Shown: positions 25,701 to 37,517 of the stretch, one piece after another
Position numbering within the stretch: position 1 is the first letter of the stretch
How the letters are laid out: the number at the start of each line of letters is the position of its first letter
From: Raillietiella orientalis
Taxonomy: Eukaryota
Direction of reading: 5' to 3'
DNA length: 64,000 bases
Assembly: GCA_036172245.1 (NCBI GenBank)
Contig: JAYWIR010000055.1
Span: forward strand, 806,001-870,000
Translations under genes and position numbers: made by a program
Notes under the pieces: generated by a model
Databases searched by the model: none
What the model was told of the DNA's origin: nothing
The model's input: only the letters and a program-made list of their open reading frames with translations

Positions 25701-26939
25701 GTGATGGAGGGAGCGGAGCCGGGGAATTCGCGCGTCCTTGATTGGCACGCGGAACATCTGTCCCGAATTTTTCGAGGTCGGCATCTCGGCTGTCCCAGCG
25801 CCCGAATTACCCCGGGACCGCTCCCGAGCGCGGTTTGTCCGGGAAGAATCCCTGTCTTCTGGATTTATGGCGGCCTGTCCTGGCGCAATCGAAACCCCCG
25901 GGCTCCCTTCGTAACGGCGCCGCTATGCCACGTGCATCTCCCCGTTCCCTCAACCGGGGTCGCCGGCTCCCTCTAATGGACTCTCCGACACTGTAGCCGG
26001 CAGCTTTGCTTGCACCCGAGACCTCCCGACGACCCGTGCGCCGCCGCCGCTCGCCCGCGCGCGCTCCCGCAACGAACCTGCTGGCGAGAATTTTCTTCCC
26101 ACTCCCCCGGCCGCCGCCGACACTCACTCTATCGTGCACGCTGCTCCCTGGATCGGCAGCGCGGGAGGCGGGGGAACGGGCTCCGCCGCCGAGCGGCGCG
26201 ACCTTCGCACGTGGCGCTTCGAACGGAGCCGTCCCCTCGTCGGAAGTTCGGGGCGGTGCGGGCGTTCGCAGGGATCGCGGGAAGGAGATGGATGGAAGGG
26301 ACCGTTCTCGGTGCCCACGTCCTTCGACCTGTCCCTCTCCGGGGCTCTCGGCTCGGCCTCCAGACGCCGAAGCCCTCACTCCAAACGGGGAGCCTCATCT
26401 CCTGCATTTGCGCGTTTCCTGGACCTTCCTCCCGGGTTCCCCAGGACGCCGCGGGTGCGTCTTTCGAACGGGTTCCCCAGGAGGCCGCGGTTGCGTCGGG
26501 TTGCGAAGGGTCGGGGGCTCCTCGGACCCTGCCCCTCCCTCTCGACCTAGTCAAGGAGGGCGGCCATCGGGAATGGGCGGCCGCCCTCTACCCCTCTCCC
26601 GGATGCAGAAACGGCCGAGGAGACGCGAGGCCTGGTGGCCCGCGAGCGTTTCGCCGCTGGTAAGAGACGGAGCGACCTTGGCCATGATCGTCTGATCATG
26701 GCCGAGGTCGCTCCGTGGTCCCCTGGTCGCTCGCCCCTCTCGAGGGCCATCTTCAAGGCGCGGCGGGAGAGGCTACGCGACTGTGGCCTACGCGCGCAGA
26801 ACCCCAGGTGTCACGGGTTCGAACCCCTCATGGGGGGAAGGATGGGCGCCAGAAAAATGGGGGCGAGTCGTGGGTTCGAATTCCCCCTGCGAGATGCCAC
26901 TGGTTGGTCTGAAGGCTTCGGGTGCGCCGGCACCGGTCA

Positions 26940-27900
26940 AAGTCGAGATTCCAGACGGCCCAGTGAGTGCTTACAGGATTCTTCTAGGAAGCTTAATCAA
27001 AGAGTCCTGGTTTTCTTTGGAACTCCCCTCTGGCTGTGCAAAGATATCTCCCTTTCCTTCTAAGGGACCCCTGTCCGGTCGGACCGAGCGATCCTTAAGC
27101 GGTCCTCAGCTGGGAGCAGCCGCCAAATCGTCAGCCGAAGGAACCGTCGGGCGTGCGCCGGGACCTCCTTCCTGTCCCGGGAGTGTGCACTTCCTAGCGG
27201 AGGCGAGCAGCAGCCGAGATGGAAGAGAGCTCAGCATCCGTCTTCCCTCTGGTCCTGCCCTTCAGCCAGGGGGACGCCGCCGCCGTGGCAGGGAGGAAGC
27301 AGGGCGGCCGGTCGCCCGTCTCCGGGCGGAGGAGTCTCCGGGAGGGCTGAAGAACAGGCTCAGCTTCGCCGGCGTCGCCCTGAAGGTCGAGAAGCTATCT
27401 TCCTGGGACCATCGCGCCGAGTCGACGACCAGCCTGTGGCCTCCGTCCTTGTGTGACCCGTCAGCAAAGGCACTCCCCCCCTCAGCCTCTCCGCCTCCGG
27501 GGCAGGTCATGTGCAAGCTCTGGCCCAACCTTGGCGAGCAGACGCGCTCCAGAGCAGCTGCTGCCGCGCTTGCAGGTGGGCAGAGCGCCTTGGACTCCCT
27601 CACTGCCCGGGTCCGGCGGCGGCCAGCAGGAAGTCTGACCGCTCCCTCTTACGCGCTCACGAGGACGGTCGCGCCCACCTGTAAGACGCGGGTCGCCTCG
27701 CTTGCTCCGGTACGGACGCCCACCTCCCGCGCTCCCTCTCGCGAAGAAGTTCGAGGAGCGGGCAAGAGGCGCAGCGGACGCCCCGTCTCTACCAGAGGAC
27801 GAGGGGCGAGGAATCATTGCCGTTTCCTCGCGGATGCTGCGGATCCGGGCGACGAAACCTCCTGCTCCTGCCGACCATTCTTCCTGCGCTCCCGTCCGCT
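26940..27900 (+). mobile_element. Heavily decayed LINE reverse-transcriptase core
   Basis: Ordered remnants KSPGF (KSPGxDG), VALKVEKLSSWDH (LDxEKAFDxVDH), APSYAL (SPLLYAL) and FLADAAD (YADD). Confidence 0.38.
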
Positions 27901-28726
27901 TCCCGGGCGAGCAGCAGTGTCCGGCCGGTAGAGCTACCCTTCGGCACACGGGGCCACGTCAGAGGGTCGCTTGCCAGAGGGAACGTCAGCATCGCCGAGA
28001 GGTAGCGAAGATGCGCGCATCCAACGAGCTTCGAGCGCGGGCAGCCCAATCTGCTGCAGCGGCCGGATGGGTAGAGTACCACCACCACGCCTTCTTTCTC
28101 GAGATGTGGAGGCACCGCTCGGGGACACTCCCTTTTCTGTGCCAGCACACGCGGAAACGAAGAAGAGGAAGGGAGGGAGGGATCCGTGAAGAAGTGGCCG
28201 TCGCCCAGTCCTTTGGAAGGTCACTTCCGAAAAGGCTTCCTTTTGGAATCAAGGAGGAGCGGCGAGTCAGACACCGCTCTTCTGCTGCCTTGAGGTCGCG
28301 ACCTCGACCTCCCAAAAGTCTGCTCCAGAACGCGCAGATAACCATCTCGCCCAGTCTCCCTTGCGAACCGGAGTCACCTCCCCAGCATGACGGTCCGATT
28401 CCCGGCGCACCGACGAGCTCCTGGATGCGAACGCTGACCTGGCGGGAGGCGAGGATGAGAGGCTGCCTGGAGCATTCCGTTTCCCGGGAGACCAGTGGAA
28501 GGCCGGAGTTCCGTCCGGCCTCTTCTTCCTTCCAGCCGCCGCTGCCGCGCCAGAGCGGCGGTGTGGGGGGGTCTCGAGCGACGAGGGCACCTCGCTTCCC
28601 TCTCTCCCGGGACATCCGCGCTCTCTCAGGGACCGAGCCGGGGGGTCGGGTCGGATTCGACGGTCGGAGGGATCGATGCGCTCTTCTCCTACCGCCATCA
28701 CCACCCCTCCGCGCCAAGTTTCCCTC

Positions 28727-30570
28727 GAAGACCCCAGGAGGGTCCCTTCAAACATCCCCATCACTTGCAGATAGCCCTTCCCCCCCCGCCCCACGGGGGA
28801 GAGGCCGAACGTCCCACACAGCCCTATCCGCGCTGGTAATGAGCCCGCCAGGTCCCCCATCCGTTTGCGTTAACGACGGGAAGCTGCTGCTCCCGACGGA
28901 TGGTGCAACTGACAGAGTCATTTCTTTTTTCTCGGAGACAGAAACAATGGCAGCACCGCTTCCAGAAGGGAAAAGCATAGCTTAGCAGCCGGGTTTTCGA
29001 CGTCGGAGAGAGTTCCAGAGGGAAGAAGGGAAAGAGAGGCGCAGTGGGCTGCCCTCCTCGGAGGGAGCTGAGAGAGAAAAAGTTGCCAGCTGGAATGGGG
29101 GTCACGTGCGACGAGTCGGCTACGACCCTTTCACTGCCCCCTCGTTCCCTCCTCATCGTGACGAGTGGATTGCTTCTGGGTCTGCACGCTTCGCTGGAGG
29201 CGTGGGAGGCAGGAGGAGCCTACAGGTGGGATGGGGTCACTCGACAAGGGAGCTGAAAGGGGGACGGGTCTTTGGGACGACCTGACTTCGAGGCAGAGCT
29301 CCGCGACCACGCATATTTTATTTCCACGTGGGTGGGGGGAGGAGGTCAAAGGTAAAAAGGAGGTTCACCAGCAGGTCGCGTCTCCAGGAAATACGAGGAA
29401 GGGCAAGGATCAGAAGCGGCGCAGCTCAGCCTGGGAGGCGCAGTGGGCAGCCTGCGGGAAGGAGGAGGTACGCCGTTCCCTCAGCAACCGGGATGCTAGC
29501 GTCCGAGGTTCTAACGACCTCCCCTCAAGGGTTTTCGGGGTCCACCCTCAGAAGGTGAACACTGGGCACCGATGAGAGATCCACGGGGTACGCGGGGGCG
29601 GCTGACAAGGAATTGCAGCTGCAGATCACCCCAGGGGCTGCGGGGGAGAAGGGTGGAGGAGGGAAGGGCTCGGCGGTGACGAGGAGGATGCGGAGACTGG
29701 ACCAGAGGGCGAATCTCTTCAATTTCTGTCCGCCTTTAGTCTGGGGCTCCCCCCCCCGCCGCACAAAGCTGTGTGCACGCCCTCCGCGCCCTCGAAGAGC
29801 GCACGAACGAGGGCGGTACCTTTTCGCGCTTGTTGTCCCGCATCCGCTGGAGCCCGGAAGCGGAAGGTGCGCCATGCTAAGACGAGGCACTCTGCCTCAC
29901 ATCCGGAGGCTGCGGAGTCGTAGCCTTCATCTCGGCGCCGATGCTCCTCGCCACCGAGCCCTCCCACCTGCTTTCCGGTGGCTACTCGCTCCTACGAAAG
30001 TCGGCCTGCGGCTAGGCGTGCGACCATTTGGGGTCGATCCGCATCATCGCGCAATGGGCTGCCCGAAGGTCTACTTCCCAGGTCCGGCAGCCCTTCTTTC
30101 CTCCCCTTGGCTACCAAGGTGGGCGGCGGCCAGACCAGTGCGTCCACCCGGCCGTATCGGGCGGCGCACGGCGCCATCATCTCGCCGCGTTGGCTTGCGC
30201 ACGTTCTCGGATTCTTCGAGCTATCGCAGGGCGTCACCGATCGTGCGACGCCGATGACCATGAGGGATCTCTGAACGCGGAGTAGCCATTTTCGAGGGAA
30301 TCCTTCGTCGATGGATGCCAGGGGGATCAATATGGCTGCACTGTTTCTTTTCGCTCAGCTGGTGTACTGTACAGTACAAATCTGCAATAGCCGGATGGGA
30401 ATGCCCTCAGAGCAGAGGCTCCCGGCAGAGCTTCAGGAGCACCTGGAGACTCCGGAGTGGCTCCAGGACGCCGGGTAGAGGACTGCCGTGTCCTCCAGGG
30501 TTTTCATTGAAGACCCCTAGAGGGTCCCTTCGAGCATCCCCATCACTTGCAGATCTCCATTCCCTTCCTC
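28727..30570 (-). repeat. Two homologous ~60-bp endonuclease-like segments (28727-28785 and 30508-30568)
   Basis: Direct repeats gaagacccc..gagggtcccttc..catccccatcacttgcagat. The minus strand reads LQVMGM(F/L)E, similar to the IxxGDFN motif. Confidence 0.6.
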
Positions 30571-32004
30571 CCCTCCCACCGAAGAACCGCGCTCCTGACT
30601 TCCCTGTTCCCCTCCCCCCTCCCGCAGTCGAGGGGACCGAGCAGAGGGGAGGAGCAGGGCCTTGTCGCTGCAAAGCAGCTCGAGGCAGGTCCAAGGGGGC
30701 GGATCGCGAGCTCCAGGAGAACTCTCCTCATCTCCTCTCCTCACGTCCCGTGGTCTGGGTGCGCGGATCAAGCTGCCCGAGCCGCTCGCCAACACCCGGG
30801 AGCGAGCAAGGGAGGGAAAGGAGGAAGCTGGGAGAAGGGTACCACTAAAGAGGCGTCGTGAGTCCCTTTCGGTCAGGACAACGGCACGCGTCACCCAACG
30901 CTGGACTGGCGAAGAGCACGCTCGGAGGTCAACTCCTGAGCGACGCCCTGGCGGCGATATGCCGCTCTGCCGACCGACTCGACGAGGAAGCTGCGACGGC
31001 GAAGGAACGGGTTGCTAGGACACGGCTTCGATCGCGCCGAAGAAGCGGAGCTCCTCTGGCGCGCGCTTTGCGGTTTCGCGACGACGACGCACATCCAACG
31101 TGGCTGGACTGCAGCCTGGCCGAAAAGGACCCTTTAGGGACAACCACTCGTGCCGCGGCCTGCCTGCCGCCCTTCGAGAATGCGTCTCGATGCGGGGCAG
31201 GAGGGCGGCTGCTCGCGGCTGCAGCGTTTCTCCTGCGAAGAGCGCGTGGAGGGTTAGGACACCCCGTACCGGTGGTCAAGGCGCTCAATTTGCCCTCTAC
31301 TTTCTTTGCCATCTCGCCGCTTCGGACGCGCTGCACCGGAGAGAACCCCTCGCCGCGGCCTCGACCCCAACTGCGCTCCTTCGAGTTCTCCCAGTTCCCG
31401 AAAAAAGTTTCCAGTTCTCGAAAAAAAAAAAAAAAAAAAAAAAAATGGTTTCCAGGTGGATGCCGGTGGAGAGTCATGGCAAATCGGCCAGTTCTTCCGC
31501 GAGCGGAAGGCAGCAGGGGATTCGGAGCCGCCAGAAAAGAAAAAAAAAAATTCTCATCCCGGGAGGGGATCGAAGGAGGAGGACGGGGGTGGGCGACGAC
31601 GCTCCGCGGAATCAGGGACCCGCCTGCTTCCGGACGAAAGTCCATTCATCCACACGTGTCTCCCTTGGCAGACAAAACGCGGCGTTGTCGTCTTGCCCGG
31701 TCCAGGAGAGAGAGGAAGGGTTGGGCTGCTGCCTCATGATGGACGTCATCAGCGCTGATGGGATCCCGCTGTTCCCTGGCTGACGGGCGAGAACCGGGGA
31801 AGCGGAACCGGAGGGAAGGGGGCGTGTCGCACTGGCTGCCGTCCCTCACGTGACCTGCACCCTCCCCGCTCCCCGAGCGAAAGCGAACGCTCGGTCGCCG
31901 GGCTGTTCCGCTTGGCAGGATGCCAGGTAAACGGGAGGTCGCTTCCCACCGGCCGACCAGGGGAAGCGGAAGAACCGTCGCGCCCCCCTGCGAAGAGGGG
32001 AGAG

Positions 32005-33128
32005 TTGTCATCTGGTCACGCCGGCGCGTTTCGTTGGTATAAAAATAAACATTCGCAATTTTTGTGGTAGGATCGGTGGTCCAATCACATCCGTTCCAAT
32101 GGGAACTTACAGGGTAGTCGGCACGCAGATAGGAGGAGTTCGCCCCAGCAGCAGAGGGGAGGGGGGCAACAAAAAAAAACAAAAAAGAGACAAAAAAAAA
32201 TAAACAAATTTGGGGGATGCGGGAGGGGATCACAGTTTGCTGGGGGCGGTGCTTTGCATTCCTTCGAGGATGCCGACGAGCTCTTACTGTATGCTGTCAT
32301 TTAGGTGGTGCCATCTCGCTGCTATCCTAAGGAAGCGGACAGCAAAGAGGATGTGGCCCGGTCCACCTCTTGCTCCACTCCAGGCCGTTGCGGTCCTGAG
32401 CAGGTAGCAGGGAGCTACTGACGAGTCTGATGGCCGAGGGGCGTTGCGAACGAAGAGGCGTCAGCTGTCCCGTCCTCCACCCGTCCAGTTCTCTTCTCCT
32501 GCCGGAGATCTCTATGGATACCTCCCATCTTGTCTAAATGATACTCGTGAGTTCCCTCGGGAAAGGCAGCAAGGGAGGTTCTTCCTGCCCACGTACCTTT
32601 CCCGGATCTTGGGGGATCTCTCGGAGCGGGCAGCTGTTACAAGGCCCGTACAGGAAACATCGTGTATGTTCCGGGCATCGCTTCTTGTTCATCACCCACG
32701 TGGGAACGGTTTCCTGTGGCAGGGCACTACCGTCCGCGGGGAAGCAGGTCCAGGTGTCATGGGTCCTCCTGAGGATTGCCACCCGCCGGAGCTGCACTGC
32801 AGTCCGAGGTGGGAGATGCTGCTCAAGGAGGGATGCCAATCGATGCCAGCTGGATGAGGAGGCATGCAAGATCGCACCAGGTGGTTCTCCACGACTTCGC
32901 CACGAGAAGGTGAGGGAGGGACCGCTCGTGCCATACGACCGGCTGACACGACGAGTCCTCCACATCACGGGAGCCTCCTGCGCGGGAAAGACGCCGTCCA
33001 GCCTCCCTTCCTTGCATTCCTCAGAAAGGAGCTCTCGGAGGGAGGAGCTGCTCGTTCGAAGGGGTGAAGGTGTAGGGGGGTCGACATCGAGGCGCAGCCA
33101 CGCCGGGATGGCGGTCTCGGCATCCTGA
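32005..33128 (-). mobile_element. L1/Tx1-like family copy with internal deletion of the zinc-finger region
   Basis: VQLRRVAILRRTHDTWTCFPADGSALPQETVPTW...CPLREIPQDP aligns with LQLRRVAALTQKNQGWITCRPVNGSAWLQETVRTW...CTLREILEDP. Then AVRFLRIAARWHHL...ELVGILE and a 3' UTR ending GCCGG-CGTGA-CCAGATGA. Confidence 0.8.
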
Positions 33129-33163
33129 CGTTAAAGCGGCTGGAGCTTCAGCTCCACTTCCGG

Positions 33164-34443
33164 ATGTTGGCCGTTGTGCCGGAGTTGTGGCGCACCTGCT
33201 GGTGCGTCCCTGCACGTCTCCTCGTCAAGAAAGCCACCGGGAAGACGGGACTCACGTCCTTTCTTTCACTCCGTCGCCGTGTCAACCGATGTGGACTTCA
33301 GCTACGGAGAGTGGCTGCGCTGACACAGAAAAATCAAGGATGGATCACCTGTCGCCCCGTGAACGGTAGTGCCTGGTTGCAGGAAACCGTTCGAACGTGG
33401 GGACAGTGCGGCATGCAACGCGCCCAACAGGAACGACGGTTCCTGTTTGGGTGCTGCAGAAACTGCACGCTCCGAGAGATCCTGGAGGATCCGAAGAAGC
33501 GGGCGTGGTCAGGAAGAACCCCCCTCGCTGCTGCTCTGGCCTCCCTAGTGGAACATCAAGACAGCGATGTTGCGGCGAAGTGGGAGGTTAACATGATAAT
33601 CTCCGGAAAGGAGAAGAAGCAGGGAGAGTGGAAGACGTGTCAGCTGACTGACTCTGCGACCCCGAGTACGCCTCCCAATGGACTTCTGCGCTGGGGCGCG
33701 CTGCTCGATGTTCCAATTGAACGTCTGAAGTGGCCCCCGGTACTAATGAACACCTCCACCCTACCCTTAAAATGGCAGGAGTCGGCTTTCCTGTTGCAGC
33801 ACTGGGGACTCCCCTGCAACGCCCGCCGAGATCATTGGACCTGGGGAGCGGTGGATCCCAATTGTGTTAGGTGTGGGGAACGGGAGTCCCTCCCCCACCT
33901 CCTAGTGGATTGTGTGGCCCTTCGGCCCCTTTGGTTCCGCTTTGCCGCGTCCATCGGAATCCCCTGCGGCAACCGCAGGGACGCTTTGAAAGCCCTCTTC
34001 GTTGCCGACGCTCTTCGACCTGCGGCCTCGATAGCAGCCTTCTGCTGCCTTCGCGGGATCGTCGTCGCTCAGAGTAAGGCTACGGGAGGACCTCGCGATA
34101 AGGGTGCCATCCAGGGCGCCGCCCAATTCCTGAGGAGGGCGTCGAGATGGCCCCACCTGGATCCAGGAATGCAGAAAGAGCTTGCCGGCATCCTGCAAAG
34201 GATGCAACAGCCCCAGCAGCAACAGTGATCCCTTTCCGTACCCTCCCAATTTTTCTTTTCTTTTTGTTTAGTTTTTTGTTTTTCCCCCCTTCCCCCTGCT
34301 GCCATGGTGGACCGCAGCGGTCTGCGAACCGGTGACCCGGCAGGCTCCGTGTTTCTTCGTGCGTGGCTGGAGGATTGGTCCAGCCACTGCACGTTGTAAA
34401 AGTTTATTTTTAAATAAACGCACCGGCGAAATCCAGGTGAAAA
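33164..34443 (+). mobile_element. Best-preserved 5'-truncated L1/Tx1-like non-LTR retrotransposon: 354-aa open ORF2 C-terminus (zf-RVT) + 3' UTR
   Basis: KWQESAFLLQHWGLPCNARR...DPNCVRCGERESLPHLLVDC...PLW is the C-x2-C-x7-H-x4-C zf-RVT signature of L1/Tx1 ORF2. It is followed by a T-rich UTR, AATAAA (34413) and an A-rich end. Confidence 0.87.
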
Positions 34444-37009
34444 TCGACATCAAGGCGCGGAGCAGACAAACATCACGAGACCCTCTGGTCGGGGACCGTC
34501 GCCGAAAGCGCCGCTTTCACCGCCGGCGAGAATGCCGGGCGCGGAAGAAGCGCGCGCCTTCGCCCGCAGGCGCCCTTCCGTGATTCGCAGGAAGATCCGA
34601 CCCCTCCAGAGCCGACTCCTGGATCGGGAAGGGGCATGGGATGGGGGTGGGTGGGGGGAAAGCCCTCGGATGCTCCCAGAAGGACCGCGGAGAACTGCCA
34701 GAAGAGATTCACGCGGAAGTCGCATGCGGCGCGGAGGCAGAGCATCCCCGGTTGGCGAGGACAGGTCCGAAAAGGGAGGAGAGGGAAATAATTAATTATC
34801 TCAATGAACGTGCAAAAGCGGTGGCCAGGTGCTCGGTTCTGCTGCGTTGCATCTATGGCGGCGGCGGAACCTGCCGAGAGACCGATAAGGAGACCAGCGA
34901 GGTTGCCGGAAGAGGCAACGGAGGGGTGGGGCACAAGCAAAGAGGCTGAAACGAAATAAAGACTGAACAAAGAGAAACAGAAGAAAGGTCTTTGAAGGAA
35001 TCGGGAAGGATCACTGCCCACCAGAGGGCACGCCCTCTGCAGCCTTGCCCGGATGCCGGCAAGTCCCTCCTGAACTTCTCCCGGGTGGGACCGCCTCGTT
35101 GCCACCCTCGGGAAGCGGACCGCAAAGTGGCTGGCGCGTCCCATGGTAGCCCTCGCCTCCTCTGGCGTCTCTCCAGGTCGCCATCATCCCGCGTGGGCAG
35201 CGAGAAGCTGCTGAGGATGCGGCTGATGTCAGAGCAAGCGTCCGCGCGGAGGCGCTCCTTAATGTCTTCGGGGCTGTAGTCGGGTAGGTGGGGTGTCCGC
35301 TGGGGCCGGAGAGCAACGCAGTTCACGCCCGCTGCAGTTTGGGTAGATCCCCCGCACCCGGTAGGATGGGGTTGCACGGGAGGTCCGAGCGCAACAGCAG
35401 GGCCTCCAACTCCTCCCCACTTGAGAGGGAGGGTGCGGTTGCTTAGGAGGGCTGGGGGCCACTCGAGGTCTTCCCAAGGGAATTCCCAGAAGCTGAGGCG
35501 AGGAATACAAGGATGTCCGTGAAAGTGGTGCCTGTGGTGGGGTCCTCGCGATGGAGGAACTCACGCGGGGGGGAGGGAACCCCATCCTTACGGCGCTCAG
35601 GTAGGGGACCGCCGTTTCTGGGACTGTGAGGAGAGCGGGGGGAGGAACACAAAGCAGGGGCCAGAGACTCGCCGCGTCGGTGCGCTGCTCCGAAAGACCA
35701 GACCCTCCAGGGCGCTCCCCAAACCGCTTTCCAGGTGCATGTCGTTGGGAGTCAGGGCCACTGGGTCGGCTCTTCCGCGAGGGGAAGGCGGGAGGGGAAT
35801 TTCAAGGCAGCCGGAACCTGCTAGATCAGGGTTTGGAGAGGACCGGCCCACGCTCGCACACCGGGCATTCTTCGGGGGATCGCCACTCCTTTGACTTTGT
35901 GGTTTTGAGGAGGACGTGGGAAGGCTCCACCTTCTCCTGGCCGGGTGGTCCCCGGCGTCGTCCTCCGTGGTGCCAAAATCGTTGAGTGCGACGCCACCCT
36001 GGACGACCATAAATTCTGACGTCCACTCGTGGACCTCCACGGGTTCCGTATGAAGTGCTCGCTGTCCATCAGCAGCCGGCGTCCTTCTTCCCGAGATGGC
36101 GATGGGAATTCCTGCCCTCCCTGCGAGAAGACCGCGCTCTTGCGGGAGTGGCCACCCTCCCCACGCATTCCTCCTCGCGCGGTTTCCTGGGGAAAGAAGC
36201 CCCGTTATGGGCGACGACGCCAGCGGTTGCCGAGGCAGACCGTGCAAACAAGGGGACGCCTCAGACAGCAATGCAAAAGGAAATCTTCAGAAGACGCGAG
36301 TTGTTTGGCCGCCCCTTCCCTTTTCTCCCTGCTCCCCGCCTGTCGGCGTCCCCCGTTTTGTTGACACGAGCGCAGAGTGCCGCTCGGGCGGCTGGGGAAG
36401 GGAAAAAAAGTTCAGTTTCCGGGAAGGCGTTCATCCCGGGGCGGGAGACTGGGGCGGGTTGCCACCGCGCCAGCAGTAGCAGTAGCAGCAGCAGCAACAA
36501 CAACGCTGGTATTCAGCTCCGTCCAGCTTCACCGCCGACTCCTTGAGCGGTGGACTGTCCGTCGGCCTGGTCGAGGCTCCTTCGCCCTCCTCCTCCCCCC
36601 TCCCGGGTGTGCCGGTCGATCGCGAGGACTGTGGTGCCTTATCGCGCGTTGACGAGTGCTCGCCCGCCGTAGCACTCGCCCCGTACTTCCGGTTCTTCCC
36701 TCGCTTATCTGCCCCCCCTCTCCCTTCCCCCCCATTTTCCGGGACATCGTCCGTGGCACGCGGACTTCAGATGCCCTGTAATGTCAGGTAATGGAGCACT
36801 CGCGTCTTGGCGTCCATCCCGACGGAAGCACTGCTGCAGCCGCGGTTTCGCAATCTGCATCCGTGGGACTACCGGGAGCTCGTTGCACGTTGGGAGGAAA
36901 ATGAGAGAGAGCCGCAGGTCGCAATCGGCGACCTGAGCACCCATCCTGTTCCCGTCTCTTCGTAGGGGATCGAGGGGCCGAGCCGATGAATGGCTTCCTG
37001 CTCATCTCT

Positions 37010-37517
37010 CAGTGGGGCAACGGGGGGCCCCGTGTCCAGCTGATGGATCTGCGGACCACTTGCGTTTTACCGGAAGCCTGCCGGGTCACCGGTACGCAGA
37101 TCGACGAGGCGCGCCACGGCAGCAGAGGAGAGGGAGCAAACAAAAAAAGAAACGAATTTGGAGGGTGCGAGAAGGGGTCACGTTCTGCTGGTGGTAGTAC
37201 TCCGTATTTTCTGTAGGATGTCTGCAAGCTCTTGCTGGATATTGCTGACCAAGTAGAGCCATCTCGTTGCGATCCTCATGAATCGGACACCAAAGTGAAT
37301 GGCGTCCCTATCGCTGTGCTTCCCCCCTCTTGTGTAGCTCCAGGCAGCGACGATCCCGTGCAGGCAGCAGAAGGCTGCTAGCGAGGCTGCCAGCCTAAGG
37401 GAGCTGCGAACGGAGGGGTTTCAGAGGGTCCCTGGAGTTACCCTCGGGGATCCGCAGGGACGCGACAAAGAGGAGTTCTCAAAGGGTCAGGAGGGCACCA
37501 TAGTCCACAAGCAGGTT
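37010..37517 (-). mobile_element. L1/Tx1-like family C-terminus + partial 3' UTR
   Basis: HLLVDYGALL...ASLRIPEGNSRDPLK...GVRFMRIATRWLYL..NIQQELADILQK. UTR core GATCTGCGTACCGGTGACCCGGCAGG at 37077-37102. Confidence 0.78.

Noticed and set aside
26434..26497. 28-bp tandem repeat pair (CRISPR-like?)
   Set aside because: Only two units with a very short spacer, eukaryotic context and no cas genes; a simple local duplication.
26783..26890. Two GGTTCGAA B-box-like motifs (tRNA or SINE head)
   Set aside because: No cloverleaf, no clear A-box and no second copy recognised; tRNAscan-SE would settle it.
26783..28985. Long ORFs (382 aa, 427 aa) and the many other 150-370 aa ORFs in the track
   Set aside because: They are Arg/Pro/Ser/Gly-rich, overlap on both strands and lack domains. 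This is expected by chance in GC-rich DNA or as alternative frames of TE relics.
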